DNA of 32,595 nt from an uncultured Candidatus Poseidoniales archaeon (GCA_964588055.1 CAZPNT010000001.1:1-32595); one strand, 5' to 3'. Counted from the first letter of the stretch, positions 1 to 9,659 are shown. Made by a program: numbers and translations. Notes: generated by a model not told the origin, from the letters alone.

Positions 1-112
1 CTCCCCCGGAGCGGCAAAGAACACAGGGGAATGGGTGGCTCATAAACATTTCGTAGATATTGGAGCAGTTCACTGGAAATAGGGGTATTCGGAAGTGTTT
101 TTCCACTGCAAA

Positions 113-1255
113 TTAGACGCCTCGCAGTGCACGTATTCTCTTCCTCATCTCTGAGTCTCTTCCAGAATCGGGGTCTCTTCCTGGGAGCCGTTTGAAACGA
201 CGCCGAACAACATCCTTCTCGATTACATGGATGCATCCAGCATCGTCACCTAGGCAAATCGTATTTTCCGTACCGAAACAAGTTACAATTCTAGAATGGT
301 GAGAGATCTCAAGTTGAACACTCCCGATTGAAGAATCTACTAGGAAAATCGCCCCTCCTTCATTCCAAGAAGTGTACCAAACACCTGCATTCTCGTTCAA
401 TGAAGGTCCGAAGGAAACGACATCAATAGAATCAAACGAATCTATGCTCCAAGAACCAAAAGAATCGCTGGTTGAAACACCTCCAGATTCTAATCCAACA
501 ACCCAACCACTTCTACAATCGATTGAGCAAACAGCGGAGTTTCCGAAACTTGCCGTAGAAAATCCTCCTTCATCAATTTCGGTTACCGAACCATTGCTAT
601 GTCCGAGAACCACACCTCCCCCTACTAATTTGCATCCAACAGTTATCGGATGTTTTTCTTCCAGTTCTAGGTACTCAATCCCCTCTTCGGAAGCAATAGC
701 ATATCCACACTTGGGACGACTGAGCCCCATCAGAGCCCGTCCTTGAAAATCAGAAAGAGACCAGGCCCTGCCTACTGTGTCCCATCTGTTCCTAACCTCC
801 CCAGAGTGGTCAATTTGCCATATCGCTCCCTCGGAATAGTCCTGAATCTCGAAATTGTAGACTGAAGAAGTGACCCAAATGAAATCGGATGAAACCGCAA
901 CTAGATCACTTGAACCCTCCAGTTCGACACTCCAAGCCTCTTTGCCAGACCCCAGCTCAATTGCGTGAACTCTATCTGATTCCGTGAAGAAAAGCCAGTC
1001 ATCATTGGAATCGGCATCTGAACAAGGACCCTCGAAACTCAATCTCCACATCTCGGTTCCATTGGAGATTTCCCAGCATGCAACCTCTCCCGATCTAGAA
1101 CCAGACACTAGAAATTCCCCCGTCATTCTGACGAAGGCGCACTCCCCCTCCACCTCCCTAACAAGGGATGAGTAGTCTTGGAGACTAGCTACTGTCATGG
1201 GAATCCCGCTCTTTTCAAGCACTAACTCCGTAAAGCCTCTCAACCTTAGAGCCAA
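113..1255 (-). CDS. PQQ-like / BamB-like beta-propeller repeat protein (function unknown)
   Basis: 380-aa ORF with recurring blade-like units (GEVACWEISNGTEMWRLSF; VHAIELGSGKEAWSVEL; GAIWQIDHSGEVRNRWD) typical of PQQ-type beta-propellers. There is no N-terminal signal peptide, and the C-terminal tail is basic (RRRFKRLPGR...RKRIRALRG). The 5' end overlaps the stop of the upstream M32 gene by 41 nt. An in-frame ATG at 1198 (MTVASLQ) would remove that overlap. Confidence 0.5.
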   Translation of the reverse strand: MALRLRGFTELVLEKSGIPMTVASLQDYSSLVREVEGECAFVRMTGEFLVSGSRSGEVACWEISNGTEMWRLSFEGPCSDADSNDDWLFFTESDRVHAIELGSGKEAWSVELEGSSDLVAVSSDFIWVTSSVYNFEIQDYSEGAIWQIDHSGEVRNRWDTVGRAWSLSDFQGRALMGLSRPKCGYAIASEEGIEYLELEEKHPITVGCKLVGGGVVLGHSNGSVTEIDEGGFSTASFGNSAVCSIDCRSGWVVGLESGGVSTSDSFGSWSIDSFDSIDVVSFGPSLNENAGVWYTSWNEGGAIFLVDSSIGSVQLEISHHSRIVTCFGTENTICLGDDAGCIHVIEKDVVRRRFKRLPGRDPDSGRDSEMRKRIRALRGV

Positions 1256-2717
1256 GATATCTTATGAAAGCATCAGGAGAAGGCTCTGCTCCAGTGGCCT
1301 CTTTGATCAATTCTGCTGGCTCAAGCACGCTTCCTCTGGAGTGGACATTATCCCTCATCCATTTGAGTAGATGGGAGAATTCTCCTTCCCTAACCTGAGT
1401 ATCGTGTTCCGGAAGGTCCTTCCTGGCAGACTCAAGCAGCTGAGCAGCGTATAGATTTCCAAGGGTGTACGTGGGGAAGTAACCTATTGCACCCATTGAC
1501 CAGTGAATGTCTTGAAGAACCCCTAGTGAGTTGTTTGTAGACCTGATTCCTAGGTACTCTTGATACATTTCGCCCCAAGCATCGGGAAGATCGTCTACAT
1601 CGATATCACCGGCAATGAGCTTCTTCTCTATTTCGTACCTGATCATGATGTGCAAATTGTATGTGGCCTCGTCAGCATCCACTCTGATTAGCCCCGGCTC
1701 CACTAAGTTAACTGCCTGCCACAGTTGTTCTGCGCTGACTCCTTCCATATTCTCCGGGAAGAACTTCCTCCACAATGGAATGGACCATTCACAAAACTCT
1801 CTCGACCTTCCTACTTGATTCTCCCAAAGACGGCTTTGGCTCTCGTGAATTCCAAGGCCGTTTGCTTTCCCAGCTGGCTGGAAGTCCAACTCTCTGGGTC
1901 GGCCCTGCTCATAGGTCCCATGGCCAGTTTCATGCATTGAACCAAACAGGGATCCGAACGGCTCTTCTTCACTGTAGCGCGTGGTCCACCTAACATCATC
2001 GGGATTGGGTCCTCCACAGAAGGGGTGTGTGGAGAGATCTCTCCTACCAGCTGAGAAGTCGAAGCCCATTGCCTCTGAAACGCTTTGGCTCAACCCTTCC
2101 TGCGCTTTCTGACTCCAAGTTTTTCCGTTTACCCATGATAGGTCGGGCCTCTCATCCTTCTCCACTACAGCTTTAATCAGGGGGGACACATTCTCCCTCA
2201 GACCCGAGAAAAGCGGGTCGAGCCTTTCCACGTTTAGTCCCCTCTCATAAAGATCAAGCAGTGCATCATATCTCAGACAATCGTACCCGAAGAAGTCCGC
2301 TTTCATCCTGGCATGATTAATTGCTATCTCCAGATCGTCACGGAAAATTGAGAAATCGTCCTTCTCTCTAGCCTCTGTCCAAGAAATCAGAGCCTTCGAT
2401 CGATGCTTAGCCATCTCTTCAACGAACTCGGTAGGTAATTTTGTCGCTCTGTCGAAAGACTCCCTTATCAGTCTGATATTGGCCAATTGAATGCCCCCTA
2501 GCTTTTCGTCGGACCCAACCTCATCCAATATCTCCCCTATCCTAGGATCAGTTAGCCTCTCATGTGCTGTCTTAGAAATCCATGCAAGTTGCTCCGCACG
2601 CAATGGTGCTGCTTTGGGTGGCATCATTACTTCCTGATCCCAACTCAGTAGGCTCCCTATCTGCCCAATTAAGTCGATATCCTTCAGCCTCGTAAGCAAC
2701 TCTTCGTATGCATCCAC
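1215..2717 (-). CDS. M32 family metallocarboxypeptidase (carboxypeptidase Taq-like)
   Basis: 500 aa with a GTG start. It has the HExxH zinc site (MHETGHGTYEQG) plus the M32 signature blocks THPFCGG, HESQSRLWEN, IRVDADEATYNLHI and GVLQDIHWS, in the canonical order. Confidence 0.9.
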   Translation of the reverse strand: MDAYEELLTRLKDIDLIGQIGSLLSWDQEVMMPPKAAPLRAEQLAWISKTAHERLTDPRIGEILDEVGSDEKLGGIQLANIRLIRESFDRATKLPTEFVEEMAKHRSKALISWTEAREKDDFSIFRDDLEIAINHARMKADFFGYDCLRYDALLDLYERGLNVERLDPLFSGLRENVSPLIKAVVEKDERPDLSWVNGKTWSQKAQEGLSQSVSEAMGFDFSAGRRDLSTHPFCGGPNPDDVRWTTRYSEEEPFGSLFGSMHETGHGTYEQGRPRELDFQPAGKANGLGIHESQSRLWENQVGRSREFCEWSIPLWRKFFPENMEGVSAEQLWQAVNLVEPGLIRVDADEATYNLHIMIRYEIEKKLIAGDIDVDDLPDAWGEMYQEYLGIRSTNNSLGVLQDIHWSMGAIGYFPTYTLGNLYAAQLLESARKDLPEHDTQVREGEFSHLLKWMRDNVHSRGSVLEPAELIKEATGAEPSPDAFIRYLGSKVERLYGVSA

Positions 2718-2822
2718 GTCTCTTCCAGAGAGGACCTAGACACATATGTTGCGGCCGGCTAAACTCTTGGAAGGAAAGGGAGTGTTGATAGCACTCACCA
2801 CCAATAGAGCCCCTGTGAAGCT

Positions 2823-3245
2823 ATGTCGAAGCCTCAACTAGTAGAATCTCTAAATCAAGCTCTAGCTTGGGAACTCAGAGCAATCGCATTGTATGCCCAT
2901 TACTCTGCTTACGTTTCTGGGATTCATAGGCTTCATTTGTCTGCTCACTTCAACAATGAGGTAAACGAGTCTGTGACACATGCAGCGACGGTTCGTTCAG
3001 CCATCGTAAAACTGGATGGTACCGCTATTACCGAGAGAGATGCCTCTCCGATAGTTCACACTTCAAATTACAAGAAAATGCTGGAAGAGGCATATCAAAC
3101 AGAGAAGTCGGCAGCGGAAATTTATGCAAGGATATTGCCATTGGTAGAGGAAATAGGAGATTCGGAGCTTTACGACTCTTTGGAAGTCGTTTATTTCGAC
3201 GAGCAACGCTCTGTCGAGGAACTAAGGATGATGATGAAGGAATAG
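2823..3245 (+). CDS. ferritin-like (bacterioferritin/Dps superfamily) four-helix-bundle protein
   Basis: 140 aa. The N-terminal LNQALAWELRAIALYAHYS resembles ferritin/Bfr helix A with its metal-ligand Glu. NESVTHAATV, QTEKSAAEIY and DEQRSVEEL lie at the positions of the other di-iron ligand helices. The last His ligand is not obvious. Confidence 0.55.
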   Translation: MSKPQLVESLNQALAWELRAIALYAHYSAYVSGIHRLHLSAHFNNEVNESVTHAATVRSAIVKLDGTAITERDASPIVHTSNYKKMLEEAYQTEKSAAEIYARILPLVEEIGDSELYDSLEVVYFDEQRSVEELRMMMKE

Positions 3246-3278
3246 TCAGAAACGAACTCTCCCATCTCCCTAATATTG

Positions 3279-5135
3279 ATGCAGACACGCCCAACCGTGC
3301 ATATAGTGCCCGAATGCGTTTTTCATCGAACCCCCCTGATGGTCTTGCTCTTGTTGGCTCCAGCATTTTCAGGTTGCATGGGCGACAATTCTACCGAATC
3401 ACAGGATCTAGAAGAAGAACACTGGCTCCCTCGAGTAGAGGATCGTTCTAATCTGATTTATCGGGACGATGATGTATTCAGTAGAGTTTCAATTAACGGC
3501 TCATATGGCATCGATGCAGTAAGGTCGATTTATGTTCCAGTTCCAGACATTACTGTCTCGGACGGAGGGGCCGGTGTTACCGGTGGAGCCGAAGTCCACC
3601 TCGGCCTCTGGCTCCCAATCATTGAAGGATGCGATATGGACGCTTTAGAAGTTCAAGAGGAGTGCAGAGTTCCAATAATTACCGAAATCGGACCATACTA
3701 TGATGATGGGGATGTAGACGCCTTGACTCCAGCAGATAGGTTGGGGAGATTTCTAATCGAGAACCTTGTGCCTCATGGTTTCGGAATAGCCCAAGTAAGC
3801 GTTTTCGGAACAGGAGAATCAAACCATTGCATGGATCTTATGGGTTTAGATGAACAATTGGGCATTCATGCAGCAATTGAGTACCTCGGGAAGGCACCGT
3901 TTTCAAACGGAAATGTCGGGGCTATAGGGAAATCGTACGACGGCTCTACACCCTGGGAAGCTGCTGCACTAGGATCACCCCACCTCAAGACGATAGTACC
4001 TATGTCAGGACTAATCGGGGTACACGATCTAATGTGGAGAAATGGAAGCATGGAGGCTAGAGGCGCTATTATGCATAATGGGGTGTATGGCAGTTTCGGC
4101 CTAGATGGGAATCTAGAGGATGCACAGAATGCTTGTGAAGGATACATGGAGGGATATTACGCAGGAGTTGGAGCATACCTAACTGGGGACAATCTGGCTT
4201 GGACTGGAAGTGATTATTGGGAGGAAAGGCACTTCCTAACAAGAGCAATTCAGAACTACAATGGTTCTGTCTACATCATACATGGATTGCAGGATTGGAA
4301 TGTCGATCCACACATGGCCTTCCCCGTTCACAACATCATGATTGATGCTGGATTTGAAGTAAAGGGACTATACGGTCAATGGGGTCACGATTACCCAGAT
4401 AGAAAATCTGGCCACGAGGGGCTGAATTCTGGTAGGGGGGCAGAAGCATACCCTTACACGCTAAGATGGGACTGGGCAGATGACCTGCTAGAGTGGTTCA
4501 ACTACTACCTAATGGACAAGGGTCCGAAACCTAGACTGATTGCCGAAGTGCAAGATAACACGGGTGGTTGGCGAGTCGAGAATGCATACCCCCCAGAAGA
4601 CATACACTGGATTGAAATGGATATGGACTATTGTTCCATTATAGGGGGAAGTGATACCATCACCTCTACTTCTACTCTGACAATAGAATGCCCAGACTTC
4701 GAGGAAGAAACCAGAATCGTAGGGACTCCTACCTTCCATGTCGAAGCCACGATTTCACTTCTATCTACCAGTGGTCACCTATTTGTGGAGATGGTCCAAT
4801 CAAGCAATGGGATGCACCTCGGTCATGCCGTGATGGATTTGCGATTTCACGAAGGGGGTAAGCAGGGAGAGGTCCTCTCTCCGGGCTCAACAGTGTTCGC
4901 CAAAATGGAGTTCTTTGGCATGGATGTGATTGTTCCAGAGGGCGATGGCATCCAATTAATCATCTCTCAGACCGGAGAAGACTACATCCCCAGCCCGGTT
5001 TCAGTGATGCCAGTTTCAGTCAGTATGGATGCGGGAAGCATACTCAGTCTTTCTTCAGTCAGCAGAGACTGCAATGAACTGTTTTTACCACCTATGCATC
5101 AAAATTACCCCTTTTGCAGCGTAGAAAGCGATTGA
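3279..5135 (+). CDS. Xaa-Pro dipeptidyl-peptidase / CocE-NonD family serine hydrolase (peptidase S15), probably a secreted lipoprotein
   Basis: The nucleophile elbow GKSYDGSTPWEAA (GxSYxG), the Asp block IIHGLQDWNVDPH and the His block GQWGHDYP match the PepX/CocE catalytic triad context. The N-terminus has charged residues, then a hydrophobic stretch, then a lipobox-like LLLLAPAFSGC. The ORF track starts at TTG 3276 and the first ATG is at 3279. Confidence 0.8.
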   Translation: MQTRPTVHIVPECVFHRTPLMVLLLLAPAFSGCMGDNSTESQDLEEEHWLPRVEDRSNLIYRDDDVFSRVSINGSYGIDAVRSIYVPVPDITVSDGGAGVTGGAEVHLGLWLPIIEGCDMDALEVQEECRVPIITEIGPYYDDGDVDALTPADRLGRFLIENLVPHGFGIAQVSVFGTGESNHCMDLMGLDEQLGIHAAIEYLGKAPFSNGNVGAIGKSYDGSTPWEAAALGSPHLKTIVPMSGLIGVHDLMWRNGSMEARGAIMHNGVYGSFGLDGNLEDAQNACEGYMEGYYAGVGAYLTGDNLAWTGSDYWEERHFLTRAIQNYNGSVYIIHGLQDWNVDPHMAFPVHNIMIDAGFEVKGLYGQWGHDYPDRKSGHEGLNSGRGAEAYPYTLRWDWADDLLEWFNYYLMDKGPKPRLIAEVQDNTGGWRVENAYPPEDIHWIEMDMDYCSIIGGSDTITSTSTLTIECPDFEEETRIVGTPTFHVEATISLLSTSGHLFVEMVQSSNGMHLGHAVMDLRFHEGGKQGEVLSPGSTVFAKMEFFGMDVIVPEGDGIQLIISQTGEDYIPSPVSVMPVSVSMDAGSILSLSSVSRDCNELFLPPMHQNYPFCSVESD

Positions 5136-5155
5136 ATTGGAAATCCCGAACCTTG

Positions 5156-6727
5156 ATGCTATATTCCCCGACCGTCAATTCTGTGGCACGCCATAACTCA
5201 AGCCCCAACGTCCCAGTTTCAGATAGGATAATCTTACATCTCTGGGAGCAGGACTTCCAAGCCGATCACTACATAGTGACCACAGAGGTAACTCGTTCGG
5301 GGATTGCAGAGTCGTGTGCTTTGCACCCACCAAATGTCTCCAGAGCAATGAGGCAACTAAATTCCCAGAATCTTATTTCTCAACACAGCAGGACTGTGAG
5401 AGGGGACAATCGAAGGCAAAAGACATGGCAACTTACTGATGAGGGTAGGGAAGTAGCAAGAGAGAGAATTTCTCGACTTCGTTCCATGTTGGTTCTGATT
5501 AGATCAAAAGACGGAGATGTCCTTGAGGTAAGAGCCGACAAGGCAGCGAATAAACTCCAAGCAGGACTTAGCCTATTGCAGATATTGATGCACGCACAAC
5601 ATGAGGGGGTACTCAATTTCGGTGATATTCGATTTGGTGCATTGGTAAGTAGAGAAAACGGAGAACCCACGCCCGGCTCTATTTCGCTCCTAGCAGGAGC
5701 TCACTCAACATATCACACCACTCCGCCAAAAACCCGAACCGTCCATGGCAGGAAGGAAGAGATGTCAAGTCTGGATAACTGGTATGAATCTGAAAAGCCC
5801 CTCCTCGTTCTCTCGGGTATAGCCGGATGCGGTAAGACCACCCTAGCCTCTCACTGGATTTCTGAGCTGATGACCAATAATCCAGAACTAAATACGATGT
5901 ACTATCCATGCCAACCCTGGGACTCCCCACTCGGAATTGCTACAAGTCTCCTACATAGAATAGGAATTAGAGGAGAATCTGACGACCCTTATGGCGTTCT
6001 AGAAACCCTTCCTTACAAGCCAGCTGCGAGATTAGAAATCGACTCGTTTCGTCGTCGTCTAACTGCCCATCTCCTAAACGAGGACTCTTTACTCGAACAG
6101 AATGAAGAAGACGAAGTACTGGTCGTTCTAGACGATGTTCACAACATAGGTAGTAATGGAGACTATCTTTTCGGCGCACTTCTCCAGACTGCCGAGAACA
6201 CCGGTCTGAGACTATTGATGATTTCGAGGACTAATTTGGCTTTCTACGATCGTCGATACGTACACACTTTGGATAAGGTGTCAGAAATGCCTCTATCAGG
6301 TTTGAAGCGAGAAGAGATAGAAACCTGGGTCGAAAACATCAACGTACCTGAGAATGCTCATGCCTCGGAGATTCACAGAGTTACAGGGGGCCATCCTCTA
6401 GCCGTAGAATTGCTTGAGATGTACGGCCAGACACTCCACGAAGACTGGCTCCGATTCTTGGACGAGGAGATTCTCAATGTTCTTCCAGAATCAGATAGAG
6501 AAATCCTGTCTATATTGGCTACTTCTGATAGACCAGTACCGTGGGGGAAATTAGCTAAGGCTGCTGGTGTTGATGGGAACCCTCCCGAGCAACTAATTGA
6601 GAGGGGTTTGATGTTAGATATGAAAGACGGAATGTGGTTGCATGAGGCCCTGCGCTCTCGACTATTGAGAGAAGTCGGGAAACCCTATGAAGAGAGATTG
6701 GATAGAATGAATAGCACAGGAAATTAG
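5156..6727 (+). CDS. wHTH DNA-binding domain fused to an NB-ARC/AP-ATPase-like STAND NTPase (putative signal-transducing regulator)
   Basis: The N-terminus has a MarR/TrmB-like winged helix ([27 protein letters not shown]...[12 protein letters not shown]). It is followed by Walker [19 protein letters not shown], Walker [10 protein letters not shown], an RNBS-B-like RLLMISRT, the GxP/GLPL-like motif [12 protein letters not shown], and an MHD-like [11 protein letters not shown] in a C-terminal winged helix. No TPR/WD/LRR sensor follows. The track ORF begins at TTG 5114, the first ATG is 5156, and the stop overlaps the trx stop by 4 nt. Confidence 0.7.
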   Translation: MLYSPTVNSVARHNSSPNVPVSDRIILHLWEQDFQADHYIVTTEVTRSGIAESCALHPPNVSRAMRQLNSQNLISQHSRTVRGDNRRQKTWQLTDEGREVARERISRLRSMLVLIRSKDGDVLEVRADKAANKLQAGLSLLQILMHAQHEGVLNFGDIRFGALVSRENGEPTPGSISLLAGAHSTYHTTPPKTRTVHGRKEEMSSLDNWYESEKPLLVLSGIAGCGKTTLASHWISELMTNNPELNTMYYPCQPWDSPLGIATSLLHRIGIRGESDDPYGVLETLPYKPAARLEIDSFRRRLTAHLLNEDSLLEQNEEDEVLVVLDDVHNIGSNGDYLFGALLQTAENTGLRLLMISRTNLAFYDRRYVHTLDKVSEMPLSGLKREEIETWVENINVPENAHASEIHRVTGGHPLAVELLEMYGQTLHEDWLRFLDEEILNVLPESDREILSILATSDRPVPWGKLAKAAGVDGNPPEQLIERGLMLDMKDGMWLHEALRSRLLREVGKPYEERLDRMNSTGN

Positions 6728-7041
6728 GCCATATGCTTGTCCAACCACGAATCCATGCTTTGCTTTGGCATCGCGCCCGTCATCCTATCGACAACCTCTC
6801 CATTTCTGAATAAGATTAGGGCAGGAATTCCTCTGATTCCGAACCTCCCAGAAGTTTGCGGATTCACATCAGTGTTCACCTTTGCAATAGTAATCTCCCT
6901 CTCCTCAGCAATCTGCGATAGAACCGGTTCCACCATCCTGCATGGGCCACACCAGGGTGCCCAGAAATCTGCTAGAACCCACTCATCGCTCTTTGTTGTC
7001 ACATCAAAGTCTGCATCACCAGTTTCCATTACCTTGCCCAT
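6724..7041 (-). CDS. trxA: thioredoxin
   Basis: 105 aa with the canonical active site WAPWCGPCR, a cis-Pro context [11 protein letters not shown], and the typical length. Confidence 0.9.
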   Translation of the reverse strand: MGKVMETGDADFDVTTKSDEWVLADFWAPWCGPCRMVEPVLSQIAEEREITIAKVNTDVNPQTSGRFGIRGIPALILFRNGEVVDRMTGAMPKQSMDSWLDKHMA

Positions 7042-7152
7042 AATTCCACCTAATCCATTGGATTATCTCTCATCCTATCAACATGTGTATCGACGGTTAC
7101 CCATTCTTAGAAGGTATTGAGAACCCGCTCCCCTTCCCCTAGGCTAGGAAAT

Positions 7153-7833
7153 ATGCAGATTACACCGAGTATCCTTACTGCAGACTTCTGCAGATTGGGC
7201 GAAACCCTCGATGAGGCTATTGATGCTGGAATTGATTGGTTGCACATGGACGTAATGGATGGGAATTGGGTAGTGAACCGAACAATCACCTTTGGGCCAG
7301 CACTAATCAAGTCGGTAAGGGAAAGGGTCGGTCCGGAAGTTTTCATCGATTGTCATCTGATGATCACCAATGCAGAAGAGACATGGGAGCAATATGCAGA
7401 CGCGGGAGTGAATATGGTGATCGCCCACATAGAGGCCGTCGAAGACTTTCCCAAACTAATTTCAGATCTCCACAATTCCAAAGTCCTATGCGGTTGCGTC
7501 CTAAACCCAGACACTCCCGTGGATGAGGTCCTTCCGCTGCTCGGAGAACTAGACCTAGTACTGGTAATGTCTGTGGTACCTGGAAAGGGAGGACAGTCAT
7601 TCATTCCAGAAGTAGAGGAAAAGGTACGGATTCTCCGAAGCGTAATAGACTCTCAAATAGAAACGGGCGGTAGAAAAACGAAGCTAATGATCGATGGAGG
7701 GATTAAAGATCACAATGCAAAACAGGTCGCAGAGTGGGGGATAGATGTTGCAGTGGTCGGTTCTGGTCTAATCAATAATACGGGGTCCATAGGTGACAAT
7801 CTTGAATCCATAACTAGTGCCCTAGAAACTTAG
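7153..7833 (+). CDS. rpe: ribulose-phosphate 3-epimerase
   Basis: MQITPSILTADF...IDWLHMDVMDGNWV...HIEA...VMSVVPGKGGQSF...IDGGI...GSGL is the Rpe TIM-barrel signature. The start is taken at ATG 7153, because the extension from 7117 has no homology-like sequence. Confidence 0.9.
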   Translation: MQITPSILTADFCRLGETLDEAIDAGIDWLHMDVMDGNWVVNRTITFGPALIKSVRERVGPEVFIDCHLMITNAEETWEQYADAGVNMVIAHIEAVEDFPKLISDLHNSKVLCGCVLNPDTPVDEVLPLLGELDLVLVMSVVPGKGGQSFIPEVEEKVRILRSVIDSQIETGGRKTKLMIDGGIKDHNAKQVAEWGIDVAVVGSGLINNTGSIGDNLESITSALET

Positions 7834-7840
7834 TTTATAT
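7834..7840 (+). promoter_or_regulatory. candidate archaeal TATA box for a leaderless bolA-grx transcript
   Basis: TTTATAT lies directly after the rpe stop codon, at -30 to -24 relative to the bolA ATG (7864). No Shine-Dalgarno sequence lies between them. This spacing fits a leaderless archaeal mRNA. The call rests on the sequence pattern only. Confidence 0.3.
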
Positions 7841-7863
7841 CGGAACGCCTTCTTTCGGTTCCC

Positions 7864-8187
7864 ATGGTAACTGTCGATTGGATGTCAAAGGAGGTCCTCA
7901 AGGTAGTCCCAGATGCCGAAGTAGAAGTCTCGGATCTACATGGGACGGGGGATCATTTCCATGTCAGAGTGATTTCCGAGAGCTTTGAGGGGGTAATGCC
8001 ACTTCAGAGGCAGAAACCAATTCTGAACCATTTCAAGACTTTCATCTCAGACAATACTGTGCACGCTTTAGATCTGAAATGTATGACTCCAAAGCAAGCC
8101 GAGATTAATTCTCAGACTGCTTTCGACCCACATGGTCAAGAGCCCGAGTTCTTTGGGGTGCATATTCGTAGGCCAAAAAAGGAGTGA
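7864..8187 (+). CDS. bolA: BolA family protein
   Basis: 107 aa. VSDLHGTGDHFHVRVISESFEGVMPLQRQKPILNHF...VHALDLKCMTP matches the BolA core (D-x-S-G-x-HF-x-V-x-VS-x-F-G...R-x-V...HAL). The stop overlaps the GTG of the next ORF. Confidence 0.85.
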   Translation: MVTVDWMSKEVLKVVPDAEVEVSDLHGTGDHFHVRVISESFEGVMPLQRQKPILNHFKTFISDNTVHALDLKCMTPKQAEINSQTAFDPHGQEPEFFGVHIRRPKKE

Positions 8188-8192
8188 ATGAA

Positions 8193-8540
8193 ATGAGTTT
8201 TGACTGGACACCAGAAGAGTTGCAAAAAGTAGTTGATGAAAACAAAATTGTGATATTTATGAAGGGCACTCCGGACCAACCCCAGTGTGGCTTCTCTGCG
8301 AGGGGTGCACAAGTAATCAGCATGGTATCAAAGGAACTTGGGATGGAGACATTTGCTTGCGTGAACGTTCTTTCGGATCCTAGAGCCAGACCCGCTCTGA
8401 AGGAATGGTCGGACTTCCCCACCATTCCTCAAGTTTTCATCAATGGAGAGTTGATTGGAGGGTCTGATATTGCACTAGAGATGTACCAATCTGGAGATCT
8501 CCAGAAGATGCTTTTCGATGAAAGCAATGTCTCAGAGTGA
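8193..8540 (+). CDS. grxD: monothiol (CGFS) glutaredoxin, Grx4 family
   Basis: VIFMKGTPDQPQCGFSARGAQV contains the CGFS active site, followed by WSDFPTIPQVFINGELIGGSDI. A GGAGTGA Shine-Dalgarno-like sequence sits 6 nt upstream of ATG 8193. The track ORF begins at GTG 8184. Confidence 0.9.
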   Translation: MSFDWTPEELQKVVDENKIVIFMKGTPDQPQCGFSARGAQVISMVSKELGMETFACVNVLSDPRARPALKEWSDFPTIPQVFINGELIGGSDIALEMYQSGDLQKMLFDESNVSE

Positions 8541-8549
8541 GGGGGATCG

Positions 8550-9470
8550 ATGTCAGCGCCGGCAGATGACCGGCGCATCATGCTAATCGCTCTAGGAGGA
8601 GCTACTCTACTCTCTTTTGCCCCTTTGCTGTATATCCAATCCGAAACCAACCCAATTACCGGGGCCTTCTTCAGAATGGTGTATGCGACCCCAATTCTAC
8701 TCTTCTTGGTTTGGTATCTGAAGAGAGAAGACAAGAGGAATACCAATAGCAGACTCCTAGCTTTCAGTGCCGGAATCCTTCTGGCAATTGACTTCGTAGG
8801 ATATCATAGTGCCATTGACTACATAGGAAGCGGAATAGCAACATTGATCGGAAACTCTCAGGTAATCATCGTCACTTTGGTTAGTTGGTGGCTATTCGAC
8901 GAGAGGCCAAATCGAATGATTCTCTTGGCTCTCCCGATGGTAATGATTGGCCTCATATTAACCTCAGGAATTTGGGACGATGAACCATATGGGGAAGACC
9001 CGTTGAAGGGAGTAATCGGAGGAATCGTTGCAGCAATTTTCTACTCAGCTTTCCTGATTCTATACAGGTACTCTAATCGAATTCAAGCCCCTTCTGTCAA
9101 TCTACAATTTGATGCTACCATTGGAGCAGCAAGTGGGCTTCTGCTAGTAGGGCTTGCTCCTTTGACAAGGTTGGATATCGAACCAATCGACTTCTCAGTA
9201 AGCTGGCCTGGTCATGGGTGGCTTATACTACTGGCGATTTCTTGCCAAGTAATCGGATGGATTGGAATCACATACGCCCTTCCACGCCTTCCAGCTGCAC
9301 ACACTTCCTTCGCTGTACTATTGCAACCCGTGCTCACAATAGTTTGGGGCGTAATCCTGCTTTCCGAACAACCTTCATTACAGCAGATTGTGGGGATGAT
9401 GCTTATTTTCACTGCCATTATTGCAGTGACATTGTTCGGAGAATCTCAAAGCGCAAATAGTGACGTTTGA
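8550..9470 (+). CDS. EamA/DMT-superfamily transporter
   Basis: 306 aa with about 10 hydrophobic segments arranged as two similar halves. The composition is typical of EamA proteins, and there is a short cytosolic N-terminus. Confidence 0.7.
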   Translation: MSAPADDRRIMLIALGGATLLSFAPLLYIQSETNPITGAFFRMVYATPILLFLVWYLKREDKRNTNSRLLAFSAGILLAIDFVGYHSAIDYIGSGIATLIGNSQVIIVTLVSWWLFDERPNRMILLALPMVMIGLILTSGIWDDEPYGEDPLKGVIGGIVAAIFYSAFLILYRYSNRIQAPSVNLQFDATIGAASGLLLVGLAPLTRLDIEPIDFSVSWPGHGWLILLAISCQVIGWIGITYALPRLPAAHTSFAVLLQPVLTIVWGVILLSEQPSLQQIVGMMLIFTAIIAVTLFGESQSANSDV

Positions 9471-9659
9471 TCTGAACTGAAACAATTGATTACTATCTCC
9501 AAGCAATCCGCTAACCGATTAACTAGGTGTACAGGAGAGAGATAAATGCGAGGGGATGGGATGCACTCAGCGAGAACCTTTCGTCCTGTACGGTCATGCC
9601 AGAGAGGAGGCAATAGTTAATCGTTGTGAGAAAAATGCAGAATCCGTGAGAGAATCCAC

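Noticed and set aside
1-49. Possible gene fragment at the left edge (minus-strand ATG at 49 reading MFMSHPFPCVLCRSGG... off the window; plus-strand frame open from 1-45)
   Set aside because: Only about 16 codons are visible, which is not enough evidence for either strand.
372-1175. Plus-strand ORFs 372-746 and 984-1175, inside the beta-propeller gene
   Set aside because: They are entirely antisense to a longer ORF with a recognisable repeat structure. Their translations are Pro/Ser/Thr-rich and low-complexity, which is typical of shadow ORFs.
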